From Candidatus Yanofskybacteria bacterium RIFCSPLOWO2_01_FULL_42_49 (GTDB lineage Bacteria; Patescibacteriota; Minisyncoccia; 2-02-FULL-40-12; GWA2-44-9): a stretch of 50,590 nucleotides of DNA. Below are positions 8,192 to 15,947 of the stretch, one piece after another. The stretch covers positions 1 through 50,590 of the forward strand of contig MGKI01000012.1 of the NCBI GenBank assembly GCA_001795615.1, given 5' to 3'. Below the pieces are notes generated by a model. It ran no database searches. It was not told the DNA's origin and was given only the letters and a program-made list of their open reading frames with translations. The translations under genes and the position numbers were made by a program. Positions within the stretch are counted from its first letter, which is position 1, and every line of letters starts with the position of its first letter.

Positions 8192-8629
8192 ATGCCAGAA
8201 TCAGGTGTTACCATTGAACAAGAAATAGCCCAACTTGAACAACAGATTGCCGAGAAAAGGCTCCGCCAGCTGGCGGATTTGGGCGTCCCACTGCCGGAAT
8301 TGCCTTCCGTTGAGACGCAGGAACCATCAACCGAAAAAGAGGCCCTTCACAAAATTATCGGCGAAAAGATTCAACAGCAAGCACCCCAATATCAGCCTGC
8401 GCCAGTCAAACCGCAACAGGACGACAGCGCTTTAAGCTATGTTTTGCCGGAGTTGAAAGATAAAGTTCAGGAACTCGTTAACTTGGTTTTTAACAAAAGT
8501 TTAGAGGACGGTATAAAAGAAGTGGCTAAGACCAATAATGCCGCGCTGATTGATGCGTTCCATGATGTCTTGGTGGATGAATTATATAATGTTTTGGTGG
8601 AAAGGAAAAAGCTAGAAAAATTAACCTAA
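8192..8629 (+). CDS. Hypothetical protein, 145 aa (upstream of the VirD4-like ATPase)
   Basis: ATG ORF 6 nt after TGgTATAAT; C-terminal LIDAFHDVLVDELY helix. Confidence 0.75.
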   Translation: MPESGVTIEQEIAQLEQQIAEKRLRQLADLGVPLPELPSVETQEPSTEKEALHKIIGEKIQQQAPQYQPAPVKPQQDDSALSYVLPELKDKVQELVNLVFNKSLEDGIKEVAKTNNAALIDAFHDVLVDELYNVLVERKKLEKLT

Positions 8630-8770
8630 TTGTTCTAATTATTCTAATTGACCTAAACAAATCCCAATAATCTAATGACTAATGCCTAAAATTTTATTTC
8701 GTCATTTGGAAATTAGACATTGGGTATTATTTAGAATGATTAGGTTAATTAGAAATTAGAATAATTTTAT
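8627..8770. repeat. AT-rich intergenic inverted-repeat element built from ctaat/attag units
   Basis: First half has ctaat units, second half attag units; related to 34729-34892. Confidence 0.6.
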
Positions 8771-8775
8771 TCACC

Positions 8776-11151
8776 TTGTCTCTATTTCTCATAATAATCT
8801 ACCTCATCGTCATCGCCATTATCTTCATTGCCGCTTTAGTTTTGCTTGGTTCGTTCAGAACCAAAGGCAGTATTGCGCGAGCGCTTAACATGTCGCTTTT
8901 TTCGATTACTCTTCCGCGCGATATCTCGACAAGTTCGGGGCAAGGACAGCAGAGAACGGAGAAAGAGCTGATTTCCATAATGGAACAGCTTTACTCGTCT
9001 TTTTCCAACATTCACTCAAGGGGCTGGAATAAATTTTTATACGGCGAACCGTATATTGTCCTTGAAATGGCCGTTCACCATGTAGGCGAAGAAATATTTT
9101 TCTACATGGCGGTTCCCAGAACCTATGAGCAGATTTTTGAAAAACAGGTCCACGGTTTTTTCCCGACGGCTGAAGTTGAGAGAGTTAAAGATTATAATAT
9201 TTTCAATCCCAACGGTTATTCTTTTGGTGCCTATGTGAGATTATCCTCAAACTCCATTCTGCCTTTTAAAACATATCAAAATTTACAGGCGGACCCCTTA
9301 AGTGAGATAGCGACCTCTCTTTCAAAACTTGAAAAAGAAGGCGAAGGGGCGGCGATTCAGATATTGATGCGGCCGTCTCACAGAAACGAAGCCCGCTCTC
9401 TGGCTCAAAAAGTAGCAAAAGAAATGCAGTCAGGCCACAAGTTTTCAACGGCGCTATCAAGGGCCAAGCATAAGCCCAAAAAACTAGCGCCCGACAAGCA
9501 GCAGCCGGAGCCGTCCCGAGTAGTAACGCCGTTTGAAGAAGAAATCATCAAAGGCATTCAGTCCAAGGCGACAAAACCGGTCTTTGACACGAATATAAGG
9601 ATGGTTGTTTCCGCGGACAACGAAATGAGGGCGCAGCAAATTCTAAATGACATGGAGGGCGCTTTAGTTCAGTTTACCGCCAACGAAATGAACAGCTTAA
9701 AAGTGGCGAAAGTTTCTTCGGGCGCTTTGTCTAAATTATTGTTTAATTTTTCTTTCAGGTTGTTTGATAACTCTTATGCAACCCCGTTATCGTCCGAAGA
9801 AATAACCAGTTTGTACCATTTCCCGCTGGCCTCAACTCTGGCGCCGAGGGTTAAATTTTTAAGGTCAAAAAGCTCTGAGCCGCCGGTTAACTTGCCTCAG
9901 GAGGGGATAATTCTGGGCAAGAATATGTTTCGTGGGGTAACAAGCGTGGTGAAGATGTCCAAAAACGACAGAAGGAGACATTTTTATACTCTAGGCCAAA
10001 CCGGTACCGGTAAATCAACTCTGATGGAAAACATGATCGGTCAAGATATCGTGAACGGAGACGGCGTCGCATTTATAGATCCCCATGGTACGGCGATAGA
10101 GAAAATTCTCGGCACGATACCTTCGGAAAGAATGGATGATGTCCTAGTGTTTGATCCGGCGGATACGGGCCGGCCTATCGGTATCAATATGCTGGAGTAT
10201 GACATTCGATATCCTGAACAGAAAACATTCATCGTTAATGAACTTTTAAGCATATTCCAAAAACTGTTTCTCGCTGAGACGATGGGGCCGATGTTTGACC
10301 AGTATTTCAGGAATGCCGTACTGCTTTTGCTGGACGATTCTCAACACGAGAAACCAACCCTGGTAAATATCCCGAGGGTGCTTACGGATGAGGCCTACAG
10401 GAGGGATAAATTATCCCGAGAGACGAATCCTATCGTAAAGAATTTCTGGGAATTTGAAGCGGAAAAAGCCGGCGGCGAAGCGGCTTTGGCCAACATGGCT
10501 CCGTACATAACATCAAAAATTAACGGTTTCATTGCCAACGAATATTTACGGCCGATCCTTTCACAGCAAGACAGCGCGTTTAATTTTCGGGAAGTCATAG
10601 ATCAAAAGAAAATACTCCTAGTTAATTTATCAAAAGGCAGAATAGGCGACATCAATGCCAATTTACTGGGCATGTTCATAGTCGGCAAACTTCTGATTGC
10701 CGCTTTATCGCGGGTAGATGTGCCTGAAGACCAAAGGAACGATTTTTATCTGTACATTGATGAGTTTCAGAATTTTACCACCGACAGTATCGCGACTATT
10801 CTCGCCGAAGCCAGGAAGTATCGCCTTAACCTTACGATTGCCAATCAGTTCATCAAGCAGCTGGTCGACAAGATTAGGGATGCTGTTTTCGGCAATGTGG
10901 GTTCAATGGCCGTGTTCAGGGTTGGCGCAGACGATGCCGAGTTTTTAAAAAATCAATTTGATCCGGTGTTCACCCCACAGGACCTTTTGAACATTGATAA
11001 TTTCAATTGTTATGTTAAATTGCTTATTAACAACCAGACCGTAAGGCCGTTTAATATTAAAATAAATCCGCCCCAAGAATCGAACCCGGAACTTGCGCAA
11101 AAAATTAAAGAATTATCGCGAATGAAATACGGAAAAGCAGCACGCGAATAG
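8776..11151 (+). CDS. VirD4/TrwB/HerA-like (DUF87-type) ATPase with N-terminal TM, 791 aa
   Basis: DRRRHFYTLGQTGTGKS Walker A, FIDPHG, LYIDEFQNF Walker B, EARKYRL..ANQ. Confidence 0.9.
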   Translation: MSLFLIIIYLIVIAIIFIAALVLLGSFRTKGSIARALNMSLFSITLPRDISTSSGQGQQRTEKELISIMEQLYSSFSNIHSRGWNKFLYGEPYIVLEMAVHHVGEEIFFYMAVPRTYEQIFEKQVHGFFPTAEVERVKDYNIFNPNGYSFGAYVRLSSNSILPFKTYQNLQADPLSEIATSLSKLEKEGEGAAIQILMRPSHRNEARSLAQKVAKEMQSGHKFSTALSRAKHKPKKLAPDKQQPEPSRVVTPFEEEIIKGIQSKATKPVFDTNIRMVVSADNEMRAQQILNDMEGALVQFTANEMNSLKVAKVSSGALSKLLFNFSFRLFDNSYATPLSSEEITSLYHFPLASTLAPRVKFLRSKSSEPPVNLPQEGIILGKNMFRGVTSVVKMSKNDRRRHFYTLGQTGTGKSTLMENMIGQDIVNGDGVAFIDPHGTAIEKILGTIPSERMDDVLVFDPADTGRPIGINMLEYDIRYPEQKTFIVNELLSIFQKLFLAETMGPMFDQYFRNAVLLLLDDSQHEKPTLVNIPRVLTDEAYRRDKLSRETNPIVKNFWEFEAEKAGGEAALANMAPYITSKINGFIANEYLRPILSQQDSAFNFREVIDQKKILLVNLSKGRIGDINANLLGMFIVGKLLIAALSRVDVPEDQRNDFYLYIDEFQNFTTDSIATILAEARKYRLNLTIANQFIKQLVDKIRDAVFGNVGSMAVFRVGADDAEFLKNQFDPVFTPQDLLNIDNFNCYVKLLINNQTVRPFNIKINPPQESNPELAQKIKELSRMKYGKAARE

Positions 11152-11256
11152 CGCGCTACAAATGCGTCCACACGAATATATTTGTATGAAGCCGTTCGTA
11201 GTCGGCGATTTGTAGAACTATTTGTAGCATTTGTACGTCATTCGTAGATTTGTGTT

Positions 11257-11961
11257 ATGTTATTCACCAGAAAGGATTTCTATTTTTCCATAACTACCGG
11301 TCTTATCACCGGTATTATCGCTTGGCGGATTTTAAATTTTTTGGGGTTGGCGAAAATCGGTATTTGGGGCCGGTCAATTGAGAATTGCCGGATTCTCCAG
11401 ACCATTGATTGTCAGCCGATTTATTCGATTTATTTTTCATCTGACTGGCTTATTTTGCTCGTTCCTGTTTTATGGATTCTCGGCGTTAATCTCGGATACT
11501 TTCTCGGCCGTTGGTTTGCTTTCTTTAATCAATTCGGCAAATTTGCGGCTGTCGGGTTTACTAACGCGGCAGTTTATTTCGGAATTCTAAATTTCTTGAT
11601 TTCTTGGTCCGGCTTCAACAAAGGTCTGTGGTATTCTGTATTTGTGGCCGTAGCTTTTGTCATTGCCACATCTATTAGTTATTTTTGGAATAAATTCTGG
11701 GTATTTTCTTCCGTGAGGCCGGGCTTTACTGATGGCCAGCCTGATAATCAAATCAGCGGAGGAGAGTTTGGCAAATTTTTAACCGTGTCTGCAGTTGCCG
11801 GTTTGGTTAATGTAGGTACCGCATCTTCGGTGGTCAATCTCATGAATCCCGTACTTGGATTGACGCTTGATCAGTGGGCTAATGTTGGCGGAGTCGCCGG
11901 TTCGGCGGTAGCTCTTGTGTTTAGTTTTATAGGGTTTAAATTGGCAGTATTTAAGAAGTAG
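11257..11961 (+). CDS. GtrA-family membrane protein, 234 aa
   Basis: QFGKFAAVGFTNAAV and SYFWNKFWVF motifs. Confidence 0.8.
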   Translation: MLFTRKDFYFSITTGLITGIIAWRILNFLGLAKIGIWGRSIENCRILQTIDCQPIYSIYFSSDWLILLVPVLWILGVNLGYFLGRWFAFFNQFGKFAAVGFTNAAVYFGILNFLISWSGFNKGLWYSVFVAVAFVIATSISYFWNKFWVFSSVRPGFTDGQPDNQISGGEFGKFLTVSAVAGLVNVGTASSVVNLMNPVLGLTLDQWANVGGVAGSAVALVFSFIGFKLAVFKK

Positions 11962-12040
11962 CAACTAGCGAATAGCGCGCTACAAATGCGCACACACGAA
12001 TAAATTTGTAGCATTCGTAAGTTATTCGTAGATTTGTGTT

Positions 12041-13207
12041 ATGTTATATCGTAAATATCGTCCGCAAAATTTTTCCGAAATAGTCGGACAGGAACATGTG
12101 GTTAAAACTCTCCAGGGAGCATTAGAAAGTGGCCGAGTGGGCCATGCTTATTTATTTACCGGCTCTCGAGGTACAGGAAAAACATCGTTGGCAAGAATTT
12201 TTGCTAAGGCATTAAATTGCGCCGATTTTTCCAAAATGAGAGAATCGAATTTTGCTGAAAAATCGAGCGTCCGCCGAAGCCTTGGCGAAGGCGGATTACC
12301 TGAGCCATGCAATCAGTGTGATAGCTGTCTTGCCGCTAGCCAGGGCAATTTGCTTGACTTGATAGAAATAGATGCGGCATCCAACAGAGGAATTGATGAA
12401 ATCAGAAATCTCAAAGATTCGGCTCTTGTTGCCGCTCCCAGCGGTGGGTTTAAGGTTTTCATAATTGACGAAGTCCACATGCTGACGAAAGACGCTTTTA
12501 ATGCTCTTCTTAAAATTCTTGAAGAGCCGCCGTCGCATGTCGTCTTTATTCTTGCCACAACGGAACCGCATAAAATTTTGCCCACGGTTCTTTCGCGGGT
12601 TCAAAGATTTGATTTCAAACGGCTGAATCAGGGACAAATTTCCGGAAAACTTGGGATGATGGCCCGCAAAGAAGGGATTAAAATAAATGAGGAAGCGTTA
12701 AAGACAATAGCAATGTCGGCAGACGGAGCTTTGAGGGATGCGGAAGTTGCTCTTTCTAAAATTCAGGCCTGCCTACCGGTAGGCGAGGCGTCTACAGACT
12801 CGACCAAAGCAATTTCTGTAGATGAAGTGAACGAAATGTTGGGGCTGGTTTCCTACAGATATTATCCTGAATTTGTGAGTTGCCTTCTTGGCAACGACAA
12901 AACCGGTGCGCTTGATCTTATTCAGAAGATTTATTTATCGGGAGCGGATTTGGAAAATTTCACCGGCCATCTTGTGGAATATATGAGAAAAATTTTAATG
13001 GCCAAAATAAATCCAGTCGTTCTTGCCTCAATCAGCGGCATAAACGACGAAGAAACAAAAAGCATCTTGGCGTTAGGCCAGAATACAGATGGCCAGAAAT
13101 TGATAAGAATAATAGTAAGCTTCTCCAACGCCAGAAACGAGATAAAACATTCTCCGGTACCGCAATTGCCATTAGAGTTGGCAGTTATAGAATTATGTGG
13201 AACATAA
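12041..13207 (+). CDS. dnaX: DNA polymerase III subunit gamma/tau
   Basis: LYRKYRPQ.F.EIVGQ, HAYLFTGSRGTGKTS, EIDAASNRG, IIDEVHML, FILATTE. Confidence 0.97.
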   Translation: MLYRKYRPQNFSEIVGQEHVVKTLQGALESGRVGHAYLFTGSRGTGKTSLARIFAKALNCADFSKMRESNFAEKSSVRRSLGEGGLPEPCNQCDSCLAASQGNLLDLIEIDAASNRGIDEIRNLKDSALVAAPSGGFKVFIIDEVHMLTKDAFNALLKILEEPPSHVVFILATTEPHKILPTVLSRVQRFDFKRLNQGQISGKLGMMARKEGIKINEEALKTIAMSADGALRDAEVALSKIQACLPVGEASTDSTKAISVDEVNEMLGLVSYRYYPEFVSCLLGNDKTGALDLIQKIYLSGADLENFTGHLVEYMRKILMAKINPVVLASISGINDEETKSILALGQNTDGQKLIRIIVSFSNARNEIKHSPVPQLPLELAVIELCGT

Positions 13208-13293
13208 TATAACACTAATTTACAAATTTACACGAATGCCACAAATAGTTATTCGTGGTATTCGCATGTCATTCGTAGATTTGTGTTACATCC

Positions 13294-14463
13294 GTGAGGA
13301 ATATTATTTTACTCGGACTCACCTCTCTTCTTGCTGATTTTTCAAGCGAAATGGTCGTGCCTATTTTGCCGTTCTTTATCCAAGCGGTCGGCGGCGGAGG
13401 AATTGCCATTGGCTTGATTTTTGGCGTTGGCGATGCCGTAGCGGCTTTGCTTAAAGTGTTTTCCGGATATTGGGCCGACAGGACAAGAAAATACAAACTT
13501 TTTGTTTTTGGAGGATATTTATTTTCCGCGGCTGCGAAGTTTCTTTACCCTTTTGCCAACAGCTGGAGCCAAGTTTCCGCAATCAGGCCGATAGAAAGAA
13601 TGGGCAAGGGATTCAGAGATGCTCCGCGCGATGCGATTGTATCGGAATCTGTACCCCATGAGCGAAGGGGCTGGGGTTTTGGCGTTCAGAGAGCGATGGA
13701 CAGCGTTGGCGCGTTGGCGGGCTCGGTATTTGTTTTTGTGCTTTTTCTTTACCTAGATTTTCCTTTTCAGAAGATATTTTTTGTTTCCGCTCTGGTTGCT
13801 TTGTTGGCTGTAATTCCGATATTTTTTGTGAAAGTGCCGGCAGAATTGCGGCTGAACCATCGCAAAAAAGTATCGTTTGAAAAACTCTCATCCGAAGCCA
13901 AACGGTTTATTATGATTGCCACCCTGTTCGCTTTTTCTAATTTTAGCGTCGCATTTTTTGTTCTGAAAGCGCAGTTATCTTTTACCGATTTAAGTCAGCG
14001 CCAAGCGCTTGCCATAGCTCTTGTGGTTTATATTATTTTCAATATTTTTGATGCTGGTTTTTCAAGGCCAGCTGGAGCGCTTTCGGATCGAGTTGGCAGG
14101 AAGAAAATCATATTCACCAGCTACCTTATCTTCAGCGCCGTTTCTTTGGGATTCTTAGTTTTGTCTCTGAATTCACCGGCGTTGCCCGTCAGTTTCATAA
14201 TTCTCGCCGGTTTGTTTGCCATGTACGGGTTATTCAAAGCATTTGTCGATGCTTCCCAGAGGGCATTTATTTCCGATCTGTCAGAAGTTGAAATTCGAGG
14301 CACGGCTCTCGGCACTTTTGAAACATTCACCGGCCTGGCTGCTATTCCGGCGGGTTTAATCGCCGGAGCTTTGTGGAATGTAAATCCTGTTTATACTTTT
14401 ACCTATGGTTTGGGTCTTTCTTTGATAGCCGCGATAGTTCTCCTGGTCGCCACTAGTAAATAA
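13294..14463 (+). CDS. MFS transporter, 389 aa
   Basis: About 12 TM helices, GYWADRT and GALSDRVGRKK motif A, ERMGKGFRDAPRDA. Confidence 0.9.
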   Translation: MRNIILLGLTSLLADFSSEMVVPILPFFIQAVGGGGIAIGLIFGVGDAVAALLKVFSGYWADRTRKYKLFVFGGYLFSAAAKFLYPFANSWSQVSAIRPIERMGKGFRDAPRDAIVSESVPHERRGWGFGVQRAMDSVGALAGSVFVFVLFLYLDFPFQKIFFVSALVALLAVIPIFFVKVPAELRLNHRKKVSFEKLSSEAKRFIMIATLFAFSNFSVAFFVLKAQLSFTDLSQRQALAIALVVYIIFNIFDAGFSRPAGALSDRVGRKKIIFTSYLIFSAVSLGFLVLSLNSPALPVSFIILAGLFAMYGLFKAFVDASQRAFISDLSEVEIRGTALGTFETFTGLAAIPAGLIAGALWNVNPVYTFTYGLGLSLIAAIVLLVATSK

Positions 14464-14471
14464 ATGTGTAG

Positions 14472-14580
14472 TAACCCCGCCACCAAACTTTTCCGCTGAC
14501 CGCCATTCAAAAAAGGGGCGGGTTTGGTGCGGGGTTAAGTATTTGTTGCTACTCGCTTCGCTTGCAGACAAATACTTAAA
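14472..14580. repeat. Double hairpin between convergent genes (terminator-like, palindromic-element derived)
   Basis: taaccccgcaccaaac/gtttggtgcggggtta, then aagtatttgt/acaaatactt enclosing ctcgcttcgct. Confidence 0.65.
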
Positions 14581-14599
14581 AACCGACACAAGGTCGGTG

Positions 14600-15082
14600 T
14601 TAGTTTCTCCAAGCGGGGACTCTGTTTTCAGGATTGATAAATAAGTGGATCCACATGGAAGCATAAGCTCTGGTACACACTTCCCGGGTTTCCAGAAGTG
14701 CATTTAAACACGCTTCTTCTTCGCTGACTGCACAACCGTCTTCAGGGCAGGGGTTGCCTTTTGCTGCGCAGGTTTCAGTCAGGGCTTTTTCAAATCTGGC
14801 GCAGACATCAAGATAAATTTCCCTCTTTTCCGATAAAAGCAGACTAGCCAGGTCCAACTTTGATAAATTGCCTTCCCAGGCAAAGTCCATCAACTTTCCC
14901 GGCGTTCCGACAAGTTTATCAAAATAGTTTTTTGCCACTGCGTCGTGCAGAAAAGGCCGTTCTACATTATCTGGTTCCAGTATTGTCCGTGTTTCCAGGT
15001 TAAACTCATATTTCAGACACCCGTCTTTTTCGCTTTCAGGGCGGACTGATCCGTTATTGTCCATGAAGCAGAAGAGCGTCAT
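14600..15082 (-). CDS. Hypothetical Cys-rich protein, 160 aa
   Basis: ATG ORF with GAGG RBS; C-x5-C-x4-C-x7-C cluster. Confidence 0.65.
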   Translation of the reverse strand: MTLFCFMDNNGSVRPESEKDGCLKYEFNLETRTILEPDNVERPFLHDAVAKNYFDKLVGTPGKLMDFAWEGNLSKLDLASLLLSEKREIYLDVCARFEKALTETCAAKGNPCPEDGCAVSEEEACLNALLETREVCTRAYASMWIHLFINPENRVPAWRN

Positions 15083-15196
15083 GGCTGTGCCTCATTAAAA
15101 TCAATGTTCTGATGTAATAATAACATAGTGAGCAGGAAAAAAAAGATTGGAATTTCTTAGTTTTTAGTGTAAAATAGTATAATATTTAACTAATAT

Positions 15197-15269
15197 TGCC
15201 GGGTGGTGTAATTGGTAACACGTCTGCCTTTGGAGCAGAAGACTTCAGGTTCGATCCCTGACCCGGCAG
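15197..15269 (+). tRNA. tRNA-Gln(TTG), CCA not encoded
   Basis: TGCCGGG/CCCGGCA acceptor, GTGT/ACAC D stem, TCTGC-CTTTGGA-GCAGA anticodon arm, TCAGG-TTCGATC-CCTGA T arm. Confidence 0.95.
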
Positions 15270-15392
15270 CAGTCCTGTGATAGGTTCTTGCGACCACGAC
15301 GGATCGCGCCGTCATGTGATACTTTTTCTACCAAGGCACTGTGTCTGTCCGTAGCTTTAGTGAAGGAGAATACTGGTAGAATAAAAATAGAA

Positions 15393-15947
15393 ATGAACAA
15401 CCACGAAAACAACTTAATCAGAGATTTGATGCTTGTTGTGTTTAGTATTTTTATAGCGATTATTCTTGCCAAGACTGGAGTTCTTCAAGGATTAATCACA
15501 TCAACTCAGGAGATGAGATTTATCGGCAGTTTTGTGGCTGGAATATTTTTCACTTCTGTTTTTACTACTGCGCCGGCAATAATAGCTTTAGGTGAAATTG
15601 CGCATGCTAATTCCGTGATCTCAACGGCTCTTCTGGGGAGCATGGGCGCATTGGCGGGGGATTTGGTTATTTATAAGTTTGTAAGGGATAGGCTGTCTGA
15701 ACACCTAATGGAGTTGGTTAAACACCGAGGCGGGGGAAAGAGGATTAAAATGTTATTCAAACTGAAATACTTCAGGTGGCTGACTTTTCTTATCGGCGGT
15801 TTCATTATTGCCTCTCCCTTGCCGGACGAGTTAGGAGTCAGCCTTTTGGGTTTTTCAAAGATGAGAATTCGGTTTTTTGTCGCTCTCTCCCTGGTATTTA
15901 ATTTCATCGGTATTCTTTTAATCGGTATAGTCGCCAAGGCTTTATGA
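15393..15947 (+). CDS. Small multi-TM membrane protein (DedA/VTT-like features), ~184 aa
   Basis: Likely ATG at 15393; FFTSVFTTAPA, GALAGDL, ASPLPDELG; overlaps the ATPase start (ATGA). Confidence 0.7.
   Translation: MNNHENNLIRDLMLVVFSIFIAIILAKTGVLQGLITSTQEMRFIGSFVAGIFFTSVFTTAPAIIALGEIAHANSVISTALLGSMGALAGDLVIYKFVRDRLSEHLMELVKHRGGGKRIKMLFKLKYFRWLTFLIGGFIIASPLPDELGVSLLGFSKMRIRFFVALSLVFNFIGILLIGIVAKAL

Noticed and set aside
11144-13290. CRISPR array or integron cassette array
   Set aside because: Repeats are separated by whole housekeeping genes, with no regular spacers, no cas genes and no integron integrase
15288-15392. Upstream extension of ORF 15288-15947
   Set aside because: TTG start just after the tRNA with an unconvincing sequence; ATG at 15393 is more plausible
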